Assembly (NCBI RefSeq): GCF_006345805.1
Contig: NC_043007.1
Coordinates: forward strand, 2,790,001 to 2,854,000
DNA length: 64,000 bases
Origin: Octopus sinensis
Taxonomy: Eukaryota
Reading direction: 5' to 3'
The notes below the pieces were generated by a model. That model was not told the origin of the DNA. It was given only the letters and a program-made list of their open reading frames with translations, and searched no databases. Below are positions 40,289 through 54,236 of the stretch, one piece after another. Each line of letters starts with the position of its first letter. Within the stretch, counting starts at the first letter, position 1. Both the position numbers and the translations under genes were made by a program.

Positions 40289-41453
40289 AACAGGCATGAC
40301 TGTTAAAATGTATATTTAGTAGTAAAAACATTAACGTAAAAATTGCCTATATATTTATTGTGAGCTGGCAATGGCGTGGGATAATGAAGAAGTTTTCAGG
40401 AATTCATTTGATTATAAATATCATTTATCATCATTTAACGGCATGTTAAAAAACATATTGCATTCTTAAATGTGATATTTTTTTTAACAGGCCGTTAAAT
40501 GATGATTACATCGGCCATAGCACTTAGTTGGTACTCATTCACCCGATTCCCGAAAACATGAAAGGGAAAGTCGATATTGTTGGTATTAGAACTCAGAATA
40601 TAAATGCCGCAACGCTTTTGTCGGGTTTGGTAAAAATTCCGCCAAACTCCTCGTTTTCTATCGCCAATTAATCGTGGAATTTATCAATATTGTAAAGAGT
40701 AAGATCAGATATTTAATATTCACGAATAAGTTTTGCTAAGAAAATCGAATATGTAATAAATATGTAAAACATTCGAACTGATATTTGTAAAGATATTGAA
40801 GACGCTGTATAGTTTGAAATAATTTAAAGGAAACTCTTTAGATATTTACATGAAATAAAATTATAAAGGGAAGTTTTGGTGCAAGGAATTTGTCCACCCT
40901 TTGATATACGAATGAGCCTATGGTTTCTTTCATATTTTCATTCACACTCATGAATGATCAACACCATGCGAAAATAGCTCTCACGCTTTCCCCTCACATT
41001 TCATTACGTGAAAATAAACTCTCATATTGCATTGCGTAAAATTATAGATATGAGAATATTTGTATTTTAGATATGAATAGGTCAGAAAGGTTCGTGTTTA
41101 TAAATATGAAAGAAAAGTGAAGATGCATTTTTTATTAAAAATATACGTGCAGCGAATTTGTGGAGCGTGTAAGGCTCGGCGAATAATTTTATTCATATTA
41201 ATGGAGTTTCTTAGAAAAGGTCTTGAAATAGATATAATGGTGGGGGGGATATGCTTATTATATATAAAGGTTATTTAATTTTTAGGGGTATGCAGTACAG
41301 ATGAAGTACCTAATTTATGTCAATTTTATATATTCAGGAATGATTTCTCTTAGGGTACGCACACAGGCACAGACACAAACACACACCCACACGACTCGCG
41401 AGCATACACAAGTACTGCGCGTGCGCACTGGCATATCTATCTATCTATCTATC

Positions 41454-41496
<43 letters not shown>

Positions 41497-41519
41497 AGAT
41501 GGAGAGAGATATATATATA

Positions 41520-41522
41520 CAT

Positions 41523-41605
<83 letters not shown>
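41520..41605. repeat. (GATA)n microsatellite
   Basis: Seen directly. Confidence 0.95.
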
Positions 41606-41607
41606 TA

Positions 41608-42352
41608 GAAGGTGCGGTGAATTAACCGTCGTCTAAACTACGCAAAGAATGAAATAAACACTGACATCTCATTTTAACAGATATATTCACCAAAATTACG
41701 TAAAAATATCTTGAAATATTAAAGTGTAATTTTATTTAATAAAATCGCCATTGGATTCAACCACAGCCCCCAGACGGCTTCGGAATCTCCTGCAACTCTT
41801 GTGGTCATTCTCCTTGCTTAACTTGGCGAATGCTGCAGTAATCCTTGCCTTCAGTCCACCTTTGGTGTTACGAGGGGTTTTATTGGTCTCTCGCTCAACG
41901 TTGACCCACACACAATAATTAAGAGGAAGGGAGTGTGGAGAGTTAGGTGGCCAGATGTCAGGGTGATGTCGTAGTAGAACTTGTCTGATAACCACGACTG
42001 GTTCCTCCTGTTTGGGTGGCATGGCGTAGAGTCGTGTTGCCAGACACAGGGTCTTCCAGCAGCCATCCTCTTGATCCACGGCAGCACTACCTCCTGCAGG
42101 CACTTGATATAGGCTGAGGTGTTGAGGCTGAGGTTCTATGGGAAGAGAAATGGAGGCATAACGTCGCCATCCCTAGTGATTACTACAGACACCATGATGT
42201 TGACTGGATATTTGATATTTATCACGCTCGGTACAAGTCCTCAGATTGCTCTCAGCACAGCATGCCATTTCCAAATATCTGGTAGAGCGAATGGCATCGT
42301 TGTGCAGTTTTTGTCAGAAGCGGTGACCAACTGACCCTACGATACTGTGTCT
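41608..42352 (-). mobile_element. DD37D (maT/Bmmar-like) Tc1/mariner transposon relic with terminal repeat
   Basis: KYPVNIMVSVVITRDGDVMPPF..VLPWIKRMAAGRPCVWQHDSTPCH / WPPNSPHSLPLNYCVW..RRFRSRLGAVVESNGDFIK*. Ends ..caccgcaccttc|TA at 41608. Confidence 0.85.
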
Positions 42353-42420
42353 CAAAAGCAAACACTGCGCATACGAAAAGTTAAAATATGTAAATGACGA
42401 CATTCCAGCCATCGGAAGCG

Positions 42421-42464
<44 letters not shown>

Positions 42465-42465
42465 C

Positions 42466-42524
<59 letters not shown>

Positions 42525-43045
42525 GCGGCGGGAGATGGAATCTTTCACCACCGGTATGCGAGACTGTTGAATAAACTATCAATTTGACGCCACATAATTT
42601 ATCTGCAAATGTTTCGGCACACGAATTGTACTCTATAATGATGCATCGGTTTTGAATGTTGTCTGCAAATGACTGAAGAGAGAAACGTTTTGCATCTATT
42701 TTTGATTGAATTCGGAGTTTAAATGGAAGTAGTGTGAGCCACATATACATCCATATGTAGGTGCGCGCGCATGTGTGTGTGTGTTTATGTGTGTGTGTGT
42801 GCGTGCGTGTGTGTGTGTGCCTCTATATAGAATTATGTTTGGGCTTTTGATTTATATCAAGGGGAAGCACTATTAAGTTCAGAAATCAGATTGACCCAAT
42901 TGAAGTCGTACTAATTTATTCGTGCAAGAATGCAGAAGTACATGTCACTTATAGGTCACTTGTTATAATTAATTTTAAATATAAACATACGTATATGCAC
43001 GTGAATATACATACATATATTTACACACATATGTATACATACATG

Positions 43046-43086
<41 letters not shown>

Positions 43087-43167
43087 GTATATATGTATAT
43101 CTATCTGTCTATCCATCTATCTGTCTATCTATATATTCATCTGTCTGTCTATCTATTTATCTATCTA

Positions 43168-43213
<46 letters not shown>

Positions 43214-43222
43214 ATATATATA

Positions 43223-43451
43223 CCGGAGTAAACACGTAAATGTGAAACATGGTGGAAAAAAGAGTACTCAAATACCAGTGGTAGAGTAATATGCTTTATT
43301 TAAAGCAGCAGAAAATTCAACAAAACCTGTTACTGTGAGTTTCCCGTTGCCGTTCATCGGACAGTTTTTGCTAGCAAAAACTGTCCGATGAACGGCAACG
43401 GGAAACTCACAGTAACAGGTCTTGTTGAATTTTCTGCTGCTTTAAATAAAG
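43223..43451. mobile_element. Mini foldback of the 142-5666 PLE family: 79 bp zero-spacer palindrome (43294-43451) plus 71 nt left tail
   Basis: Centre tttttgct|agcaaaaa. Left part is nearly identical to 142-290. Right end aaataaag|tatata as at 5666. Confidence 0.9.
43376..43420 (+). ncRNA. Minimal hammerhead ribozyme, U4C variant (mirror copy at 43325-43369 on minus)
   Basis: ctgt CCGATGA a-cg-GCAA-cg-g GAAA ctcacag TA acag. Confidence 0.7.
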
Positions 43452-44265
43452 TATATATATATATATATATAATATATATAATATATATATATATATATGT
43501 ATATATATAAATTCATACATACACGCAAATCACACATGTATGCTTGTACCTGCTTATGCATGTTCTTGAGAAAAGTAGCTAGAGACAAAAACGCAAACAC
43601 ACACACACACATATACACACTCACACACACACGTGTGTTTGTAGAGGAGTTGTGAAATTTCGAGAGTATGACAAAGAAATAAGAAAAAATGTGGCATATG
43701 ACCAAAAACTGAGAGAAATATATAGAATAAACACTACAAGAACAGAGGGGAACCTGACAAGGAAATAATCAATATTGGGACCTGTAATTACCTTCAATGT
43801 GTTGTCTATTGAAGCATTTGAAATCAGCTTCTCTCACGACATCTTCAACGTGTTGCTCGTATTATTCAGTTACTGTGATCGAAAATCCATTTATTCTGAA
43901 TATATATTATATTTCGCTATCCTTGTATCGGTGGAGTTACCTACACCAACTGAAATAAGAACAGAGCCATTAGACTACAAATAATTTTATCGAATTCATG
44001 TTTTATTCGTAAAAATAATGACAACTTTGTTCCGAGAGATATATCCTTGTCTAAGTATATTCCAATACGCATCTATATAATCGATTCTTTAAGTTACAGT
44101 GCAGACTTTTGTCACGTCGTTTTGTGAGCACGAAGTTCTTTCATAGCTATCAGGTTTGCGGTGAGATTGAGGATAAAATAGATTACTTGTGCATCCTGCT
44201 TGGCATTTATACGCACAAACACACACAGATACACACACACGCAAACACACACACATGCACACACA

Positions 44266-44345
<80 letters not shown>

Positions 44346-44539
44346 TGAGAGTGAAGGCGTTGCATCATGAAATATTAATGAGAAAATGTGTGTACATATG
44401 TGCGCGTATATTATGGAAGAAAAGGTATTATCTGCACATTTGCAAATGAATGTATTTATATTCAGATGTCTCTTTAAACAACATTACGGTTTTGAGATAT
44501 ATACAACAGTAAAAATATCAGGTAGCAAAACAACAAAAA

Positions 44540-44650
44540 GGACGTAGACATGGGATGTTTTAGCTTGAGGCTTAGTAAAGTTAGAAAGAAGTGTAGGCTT
44601 TTAACATTTCGAGCATAGCTCTTCGTCGGAAATAGAAGAAAAGAAAAGTT
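44540..44650 (-). mobile_element. PLE-like terminus with hammerhead-like motif (44600-44632)
   Basis: Minus strand: ttt CCGACGA a gagc-tat-gctc GAAA tgt t aaaa. Same family as 15501. Confidence 0.5.
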
Positions 44651-45449
44651 ACACACACATACATACATCCATACATACATACATACATACATACATACAT
44701 ACATACTCAGCTGTTCGACCTAATGGCCCTGTGTCATCCACCCCTTAAACGTAGCAGATTATCTTAGTGTTGAAAAACAAAAACGTGTTCCTATCAATAA
44801 TTAAAGCTCAATTAACTGACTATTCTGTTATACCGGAGTGGATGTGATAGTATTCCGACGTTGGATTATAACAGTGACAAGGAATTAAGAAAATCCCGAG
44901 GAATTAACAAAATCACAAGGAGCTACGAAACGCACAGAAGTTTTTTTGTGAATTTTACGAGATACAAAATCGTAAAATTATGGAAGATTTTCGGGCCGGT
45001 TTGCGCTTTGCTCGAGTTGCAAAAACAGCTACAACAACAGCTGTAAGAACAACAACGACAGCAATTACTATTACAACAACAAATGCTGCAATTAATGGAT
45101 AGTAAGTTATCCAAAAAATACTGGAAATATGTTCTCGCTAGATTATGTTGTGTGTGTGTGAGTGTGAGTGTGTGTGTGTGTGCGTGTTTTCAAGTGTACG
45201 TGCGCGTGTGAAATATTGTATTTATAACAACTTTAAATATTATGTTGTGTCATGCTTCCGTGAAAAGTAGACAATTACACAAGGATTACATCAACCCTCT
45301 GCGCGAGTCATTTATTTGCCTTAAGTTACTTGAAGGAACACCTAAGACAAAATCTCCATGAAGTACAATATTGCAGGTGTTACCATTCCCCGTTTGTCTA
45401 GACTCTGTAAATTTTAGACAAACTGGTGATATCGTTGAAGCACTCCGTC

Positions 45450-45817
45450 GGTTACGACGATGCGAGTTCCGGTTGATCCGAATCAACGGAACAGCTTGCT
45501 CGTAAAATTAACGTGTAAGTGGCTGAGCACTCCACAGACACGTGTACCCTTAACGTAGTTCTCGGGGATATTCAGCGTGACACAGAGAGTGACAAGCCGG
45601 CCCCTTGAAATACAGGTACAACAGAAACAGGAAGTAAGAATGAGAGAAAGTTGTGGTGAAAGAGTACAGCAGGGATCACCCCCCTCCCTGCCGGAGCCTC
45701 GTGGAGCTTTAGGTGTTTTCACTCAATAAACACTCACAACGCCCGGTCTGGGAATCGAAACCGCGATCCTATGACCGCGAGTCAGCTGCCCTAACCACTG
45801 GGCCATTGCGCCTCCAC
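45450..45817 (-). mobile_element. tRNA-derived SINE (third family)
   Basis: Reverse complement: GTGGAGGCGCAATGGCCCAGTGGTTAGGGCAGC..GGTTTCGATTCCCAGACCGGG. Head matches 50291. Confidence 0.85.
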
Positions 45818-45904
45818 ACTGGTGGTGTAGTTTCTGTTTCAAGTGAGAATATCAAAACCTCCCTGTTGTTGCGCGCGCATACGTACGCACACACCCATAC
45901 ACAC

Positions 45905-45952
<48 letters not shown>

Positions 45953-46220
45953 TATATATATATGTATAAGTAAATAATCGAGTTGAACGCAGATGCTATT
46001 TAAAACATGTCGAAATTAAAAGAATTTGAATAGCATCTGCGTTCATCTCCATTTATTCACTTATAATACACAAATTACTGCACATTAACCCAGAGTTTCT
46101 ACCTTTGAATAGGTCGCTACAGCCTTGTTACTTGCGTGAATTTTGCTATCCTGGTAACTGTTTATTGAATTTTTCATGTTAACAGTAAACAAAGGATAAT
46201 TCTTTCATCAATTTATATAT

Positions 46221-46288
<68 letters not shown>

Positions 46289-46357
46289 AAACAGTTACTA
46301 TTTCCGTATCACTAGAATTGGGCTTTCTGTATAATGAAAATAAACAAGTATGGAATT

Positions 46358-46693
46358 GGAGTAAAGATTGTTTGGCAACATAACATGGCAGTCCTGGTTT
46401 AGGACGAATGTTGCTGTAATTTATCCCCAGAAGACATCGTCTCCAGCTAACTATACGACACTAGCTGTGTCCTTTTATTTTCGACCAAGGGACTCTAGCA
46501 CCCCACTCAAGAAATCTAGCGCCCCTTGTTCGAAAATATAAGGACAAGGGTATCTAGCAACCCTTGTTCGAAAATATAAGGACACAGGTCGTATCGTGTA
46601 GCCAGCTGGAGACGATGTCTCCTGGGGCTAAATTACAGCAACATTAGACCTAAACCAGGACTGCCATGTTATGTTGGCAAATAATCTTTACAC
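46358..46693. mobile_element. MITE-like or foldback element with diverged long inverted arms and an internal 40 bp duplication
   Basis: ggcaacataacatggcagtcctggtttagg.. versus ..cctaaaccaggactgccatgttatgttggc; cccttgttcgaaaatataaggaca occurs twice. Confidence 0.65.
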
Positions 46694-46785
46694 CAAAGTA
46701 CTGCTGCTGAATATCTCTCTTTGTGAGACTTACAAATAGTAATTTTCTAAGTATGGAAATTCATAATATTATCTTTATTGAAAGT

Positions 46786-46997
46786 AAGGCGGTGATTTGG
46801 CTGCATCGTTAACATGCCAAGCAAAATGCATAGCGTCTTTACTTTCTGCGTTCGAATCCCACCGAGGTCGCCTTCGCGTTCCATCTTTGTGGGTCGATGA
46901 AAGAAGTTTTAGCTGAGCACTGGCCGAGATTTAATCGACTAGAACCCCGCTCCGCCAAAACGCTAGGCCTTGTGCCTATTGTGGAAAGGATTATTAG
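46786..46997 (+). mobile_element. Diverged SINE
   Basis: GCGTTCGAATCCCACCGAGGTCG..GGGTCGATG..TAATCGACT..GGCCTTGTGCCTA..GAAAGGATTATT. Confidence 0.6.
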
Positions 46998-48384
46998 CAG
47001 CGAATGTTGCTTGTATCTAATCCTTCCAACCAGGATTATCCACCATGTCATTCAAACGATAGATAGGATATTATAACTGAATATAACGTTCCATCTTTAC
47101 AGAATTGAGGTAGCATTTTATAGACATTTCGCTGCGATGTCTAGCAGATCGATGTACTACATCAGCCATTCTTTTGGCTTTGGCAATCCTAGTAGCATTT
47201 CTTTGCAGAAAATGGAGCCAAGTGCTCTCCAGCATGACGTCCTTTCACTGTATTTAAAATAATGAAAAACCAAAAACTTAACTCGTTTTTCAACATCATC
47301 CGCTAAAATTCCTTTTCCCTTTTTATTTACTATTTTCTTTCTGCTTCTCTCTTTTGTCTCTTTCATATTCAAGAACACCCTCTGTGACTTTGATTCACGT
47401 TTTCCTATCCGAAAAAAACAATTGATTTGTAAGTTCTCTTTTGCATTATTTATTTTTCGATGTTATTCTTCTATTTTTTTATGTGCGTGTTGCCATAAGC
47501 AAAAATAATTGCTAACCTTTTCGAAAATAATTCCAGTTTTCCTTTCTGATTTTTCGTTCTGCTCTTAGCAGTGCAAAAACATTTCTTTTTCGTTGATGTT
47601 GACTGTATCAAAGTTGATACTTAAAAGGTCACAAACATGGATATGTTCAATTTTTTTATAGTCTTCACGCAATGAAAATACATAGAATAGACAAAACGTT
47701 TCAAATTCTCACAAATTCGAATCTTCGAATTCAAAATGTTTACCTTCATAATACTTACGACACGTCATAAATCTTACGACATTTAAAAATCTAATCAATT
47801 TCAAATGTCATGAACAACATTAAACCATCCAGCATTCTAACATTACGCGCATTTTCTTTTCTGTTCGTATCATTCTTTCTTTACCCGTGTAATTATTTGT
47901 CCTTTGACTGCCTAAAGATATGTTATATGTTACAGAAACTCTCTCTTTTTGTTTGTTTCTTCGATAAAGCAGAAAGTTGATTATTGCTCGAGGGCGACGA
48001 GAGTCAATTTAATGGTAACAAATATCATAGATTTTCATTTTCAGACTTGATTACAAATAGCTACAAAATGGAGAGTGTCGATGTCGTTTAAGCCTCAGTG
48101 GAAGGGGTCAGTTACGTAGATCAACTTACAAGAAATAATAACAACACACACACACACACACACACATACATATGTATATCAGCCCAAATGTTGATATATT
48201 TAAAGATATAAAGGCACCATGATTATTGCAGTTCTTGACATATTGCCTCTAAATCAAAGTATGCACCGTTGTACATTATATTACAGTTTTATCGGCACTT
48301 AGGTCTTGAAATGCAAACTCGACAAGGAGTGGATTCAGTTGAAGGACATAAAGAATGAGATAAGATATTTCTTTATATTAAAGG

Positions 48385-48545
48385 CACAAGTGGGTGGGAC
48401 AGTCGATTCCATCGATCCGAGTACATGACTGGTATTTATTTTAGCGAACCCGAAAAGATGAGAAAATCTGAACTCAGAACGTAAAGACGGACGAAATGCT
48501 GCTAAGCATTTTGTTCGGCATGCTATATGTTCTGCCAGCTCACCT
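48385..48545 (-). mobile_element. Diverged SINE fragment (15997-related); another at about 48715-48810
   Basis: gaactcagaacgtaaagacggacgaaatgctgctaagcattttg..ttctgccagctc. Confidence 0.6.
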
Positions 48546-50225
48546 ACCGTCTTGCCGAAGGAGATTAAATATTAGTTCCATAGTTTAGCACAAGTCCAAC
48601 AATTACGGTATATTTCCATTGCGTAAAGACCGCGAAATATTCCCAAATATCCTTGTTTGTGACCGTTCGCCCCACGGTGCAACTTGTTCTTTTTTTTACC
48701 GACTCCGAAATAATGAAATTTGATCTCAAGCGGAATTTGAACTCGGAACGTAAAACACTGACGAAATGATAGTAAGCATTTTACCCATCATGCAAACGAT
48801 TCTGACAGCTTACCACCCTACAGAATGAGATCAGCTATTGCAAGTATTCAACTTGGGACTCCGCAGTTATAACCATTTCACAACATGGAATAAATTAGCA
48901 TATTACAAACAAGACTTTCATCGACAGTATACTGAATGTGTGTTAAATCGAGCTTTTTAGGTTAAAAAAATTTAATAATGGACACCAATATATGCTCAAG
49001 GACAGCAATTGTTTTGATGATGGAGTTAGAATTCTACTTTATAGATCAATGGGGACGTTGAGTAAATCGGAATTTGGATATAGAATGTCAAATAATTTTT
49101 CCAACGCTTTAACAATTCTCTCTAGTTATATAAGGAGCAAAATGAAGCCCTACTTCAAATTGTCTGCCTGTCTTCCATTCTTCCACCTTACCGATTTCAA
49201 ACTCTTTTTATGGATTTCTAACATTGGAAAATCTCCAAATATTTTGTGGGAAAATACACATATATATCAGCGCATATATTAATGGTAGAAAATTCATCAT
49301 TCTCAAATTCTCAAATTCTGCAAAAAAAAAATTCTACATAAAACACGAAAATTCTCAAATAATGTGCATCATCTCCTATGTTCCTGCATTTAAGCTTTCG
49401 CTTCATACACGTCAGCTCAATTTGATTCGTTTTCAGTCGAAAGACATCTGTTGTTATTTCTTGTTGAGGACCTGCCTTTTCTAGTCCCTTGTTAGATTAA
49501 ATAAAAATAGTTTTTCCAATCAAATTCATAACATTTTATACGTCACATGATTGCTGTTCTTATAAATGCTTAGGAAGGATATTTACAAAGTCAGTAGGAC
49601 GCTTGCATATATGTCCACATATAAGTAGGCCAGTGTGCATGCAGGGATGTATGTAAGCATGTATGTTGTTAGGCCCTTCTATACACGACCTTTGCAATAA
49701 ATTTAATTAATCTTTCGATATTTCCCGCCTCCATCAGTAAATCTTTCATTATGAGTACTTATTCAAAAGAGGCGAGCTGGCAGAATAGCATGCCGAATGA
49801 AATACTTAGAGCGATTTCGTCCGGATTTACGTTCTGAGTTCAAATTATTTATGTACGCAGTATTCCATTTTAATTTATATTCGAAACCAACGCAGAGATG
49901 TGTACATAACATGCACGAACGCACACATAGACTCCAAAACACGCTCACGCACGCACACTTGGCGCAGCTGTACGTGCCAACGATTTCATCATTCATATAT
50001 GTCGTGTCATACACAAAAGTGTATTCAATGAAATATATGAATAATCACTTAGCAACTGGTTGGCGTTAGCGAATGCATAAATCAATTGGATTTGGTACAA
50101 TGCTTCTACTACTGGAAAACATTGCTTCCAAACACACAGATGTTTCCGAAGCTCTTATCACCATGTACGAATAGACTTTCAATTTATCGATTTCACAATA
50201 TTGATGAAGTAATTTAGACCGTTAA

Positions 50226-50290
<65 letters not shown>

Positions 50291-50293
<3 letters not shown>

Positions 50294-50571
50294 AGGCCCA
50301 ATGGCCCAGTGGTTAGGGCAGCGGACTCGCAGTCGTAGGATCGCGGTTTCGATTCCCAGACCGGGCGTTGTGAGTGTTTATTGAGCGGCAGGGGTGGTGG
50401 CGATCCCTGCTGTACTCTTTCGGCACAACTTTCCCTCATTCTTTCTTCTGTTGGCCTGCTCGCTTAGCCCGCGGGGTGGCGTCATTTGAAGGCTAAAACA
50501 ATGCGAAGCGCATTGTGACCAGCGATGTGTAGTAACATCTGATAGCCTGTTCGGTAACGGTGATCACGGTG
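50291..50571 (+). mobile_element. tRNA-derived SINE, internally deleted (45450 family)
   Basis: A box TGGCCCAGTGG and B box GGTTTCGATTCC; inserted in (TA)n. Confidence 0.85.
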
Positions 50572-51260
50572 ATATATATATATATATATATATATGTATG
50601 CATATATATATCAAATTTAGCAACAAGGATATCCAAGGTAGTATAGTACAATTGTTTCATGCTACTTCATTTTATTAAACACTGTAAGTATTACATCAGT
50701 TTTTAAATGTCGAGTAATCTTCAGCCACACATAGAATTTTTTAATTAAACGGACAATACACATTCTTATACTTATTTCATTTGCCAACGTCACAAAGAGT
50801 GTAGATATATAGACAGAGAGGTTAATTTCATCATTAAGAACATGGTGGTAGTATGTTCTTCTCGGTCTGTAGATTTTATCATTGAATTCACTTTGTTATT
50901 TAGATCTATCAGTGGGGAGGGGTTTTCTATTCGTGGTTGAATGGAGACACACAAGAATTTTTTCTATCTATACATAGAGGAAGGGGTAGTACAAATGTCA
51001 AAGCCATAAATCCATCCTGATTTCGAGGAATTTAGTTTAGACATATTTGAATGTATTATAGCAAAAGCTAGTAGGCTGATGTTAGTGGGGAAGGGAGAAT
51101 AGAGACTACTAATGCTCTAGAGGTTTTCAATGTCCCTTACAATTTAACAGCCATAATTTTGTATTGTGAATTTTAAATAAATATCCTTTAGATAATTTCC
51201 AAAGAATTCCAATAAATATTAGAACCTTATATAGGGAAAGAAAATATAGAAATCATTTCA

Positions 51261-51314
<54 letters not shown>

Positions 51315-51317
<3 letters not shown>

Positions 51318-52718
51318 ATTTCCATCAATACAGAATCATAGTTAGTAAATAGTGATTTATTGCATTAATGAGTTAAATTAAAAGAATATGCTAGACATAA
51401 TATTTACTAACTGTGGAAAAAAAAAAGGTTTGAAAAATACACAATCCGCCAAATAATTTACCAAGGGGAGAATTATTTTTGATTTTCCTTGATATAACAA
51501 TTAGCATTTTTCTCTAAAAACTAAACGTTCTCGATGAATCGCTTAATGCAAAGCCAATACTATAGTCACTCTCTGGTATAAGCGAACAATGAAAAGATGC
51601 TGACACGGCGCCATTTACGAAACTCCGTCTTAACCACTTCTGCAGCGAAAAAATATCGATTCTCTTTTAGTGTCTCTAACCATTCGTTCGTGTTAATAAA
51701 TCTTGAGATATTTTATAACCGAAATTTAGCGCACAGTACATGTTCATTCCTTCATAGTTGTGATTCATCCACCTGAGTGGTCATTTAAAACTTTTTTGTG
51801 TCGTCCATGCCACTGCACAGTTGGCCAGTTCATCGTTATAATGTGTTATTTCTCCAGGGTATTATAATGATTATGACGGTCGCTGACATATGCTGCACTA
51901 TACGTAGATATTCACTAACAAGCCGGTTGGATAGATTCTTCTATAATAAGTTTGTGGTTTTCTGAATTTGGCAATCATTAATGGAGAGTTTTAAGAGCTG
52001 TGAAACCTATGATTTTCTTGCGCTCTTGCGGAAAAAAGCCTACTTCACAATGTCATCTTTTTGCAAAATTGTTCTTGGCACGCATTATAATAAGATAATC
52101 AGTATTTTTTGTTGTCAGCATAATTATTTTTCAATTGCGCTTCTAAACTTGTCGGCTTCATAGATTCAATGATACGCACCTTTTGGCAAATCAATCATTT
52201 CAATAATAGCTTTTGAGTGACAGAGTAACTCTATAAATTTAACATACAATGCTATGATGCTGACATATTTTTCTTTGGCCCTAGCATGGAAATAGCTCTA
52301 CAAAATCTAGATGCAGGTGTTATTAAGAATTTTATAGCCTTCCTTAAGAAAGGTCATGTTATCACTATGTTTCATGCCGTTGACAGGTTTGCAGGAAAAA
52401 TACTATTTCATATTCTATACTCGTTGTCTTCAAATACCAGCGACCACACATTTACCTTCTAGTTGCGCCCAGTATGCAGCAACAACCGCTTTGGAAATTA
52501 CAGTTTTATACGAATACAATGAAGATTTTATATAATTCGCATTTATTATATAACATGCTATGTACATAATATATTATACATTACAATTAATAAGTGTGAG
52601 TCGACAAAGGAGATGCATGTATTAGATCTGCTAACAATAAGAGCATAAAACAGTAAAATGACAACCTGAATGTTTAAGAAGTGAAGGGCACATAGGAAGT
52701 GTCAATATATGTGTATAT

Positions 52719-52750
<32 letters not shown>

Positions 52751-54170
52751 ATATATATCCATTTCCATCAATACAGAATCATAGTTAGTAAATAGTGATT
52801 TATTGCATTAATGAGTTAAATTAAAAGAATATGCTAGACATAATATTTACTAACTGTGGAAAAAAAAAAGGTTTGAAAAATACACAATCCGCCAAATAAT
52901 TTACCAAGGGGACAATTATTTTTGATTTTCCTTGATATAACAATTAGCATTTTTCTCTAAAAACTAAACGTTCTCGATGAATCGCTTAATGCAAAGCCAA
53001 TACTATAGTCACTCTCTGGTATAAGCGAACAATGAAAAGATGCTGGCACGGCGCCATTTACGAAACTCCGTCTTAACCACTTCTGCAGCGAAAAAATATC
53101 GATTCTCTTTTAGTGTCTCTAACCATTCGTTCATGTTAATAAATCTTGAGATATTTTATAACCGAAATTTAGCGCACAGTACATGTTCATTCCTTCATAG
53201 TTGTGATTCATCCACCTGTAACAAAACCTGAGTGGTCATTTAAAACTTTTTTGTGTCGTCCATGCCACTGCACAGTTGGCCAGTTCATCGTTATAATGTG
53301 TTATTTCTCCAGGGTATTATAATGATTATGACGGTCGCTAACATATGCTGCACTATACGCAGATATTCACTAACAAGCCGGTTGGATAGATTCTTCTATA
53401 ATAAGTTTGTGGTTTTCTGAATTTGGCAATCATTAATGGAGAGTTTTAAGAGCTGTGAAACCTATGATTTTCTTGCGCTCTTGCGGAAAAAAGCCTACTT
53501 CACAATGTCATCTTTTTGCAAAATTGTTCTTGGCACGCATTATAATAAGATAAATCAGTATTTTTTGTTGTCAGCATAATTATTTTTCAATTGCGCTTCT
53601 AAACTTGTCGGCTTCATAGATTCAATGATACGCACCTTTTGGCAAATCAATCATTTCAATAATAGCTTTTGAGTGACAGAGTAACTCTATAAATTTAACA
53701 TACAATGCTATGATGCTGACATATTTTTCTTTGGCCCTAGCATGGAAATAGCTCTAGAAAATCTAGATGCAGGTGTTATTAAGAATTTTATAGCCTTCCT
53801 TAAGAAAGGTCATGTTATCACTATGTTTCATGCCGTTGACAGGTTTGCAGGAAAATACTATTTCATATTCTATACTCGTTGTCTTCAAATACCAGCGACC
53901 ACACATTTACCTTCTAGTTGCGCCCAGTATGCAGCAACAACCGCTTTGGAAATTACAGTTTTATACGAATACAATGAAGATTTTATATAATTCGCATTTA
54001 TTATATAACATGCTATGTACATAATATATTATACATTACAATTAATAAGTGTGAGTCGACAAAGGAGATGCATGTATTAGATCTGCTAACAATAACAGCA
54101 TAAAACAGTAAAATGACAACCTGAATGTTTAAGAAGTGAAGGGCACATAGGAAGTGTCAATATATGTGTA
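51315..54170 (+). repeat. Direct tandem duplication of a 1.4 kb unit (51315-52715 and 52758-54170), with (TA)n at all three junctions
   Basis: Both units start tccatttccatcaatacagaatc and end gggcacataggaagtgtcaatatatgtgta. Offset 1443-1455. Confidence 0.92.
51960..52400 (+). mobile_element. pogo/Tigger-like transposase relic (second copy about 53415-53855)
   Basis: RKKAYFTMSSFCKIV resembles KKAWMTxxxF; FFFGPSMEIALQNLDAGVIKNFIAFLKK resembles FLPPNTTSxLQPLDxGIIKNFKxxYRK. Confidence 0.6.
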
Positions 54171-54178
54171 TATATATA

Positions 54179-54236
<58 letters not shown>

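Noticed and set aside
40427-40506. 27 bp inverted repeat (similar small ones at 11548-11612, 13881-13930, 45985-46050)
   Set aside because: Real but short; probably decayed repeat ends, with no further structure I can support.
42668-42698. CTGAAGAGAGAAACGTTTTGCA
   Set aside because: No stem II, and a 4 nt gap in the putative stem I.
43630-43990. Short coding-looking frames on both strands
   Set aside because: In-frame stops between plausible splice sites; no family recognised.
45770-45817. tRNA gene-like A/B boxes (also 28985, 50300)
   Set aside because: They continue into SINE bodies and lack a full cloverleaf; not tRNA genes.
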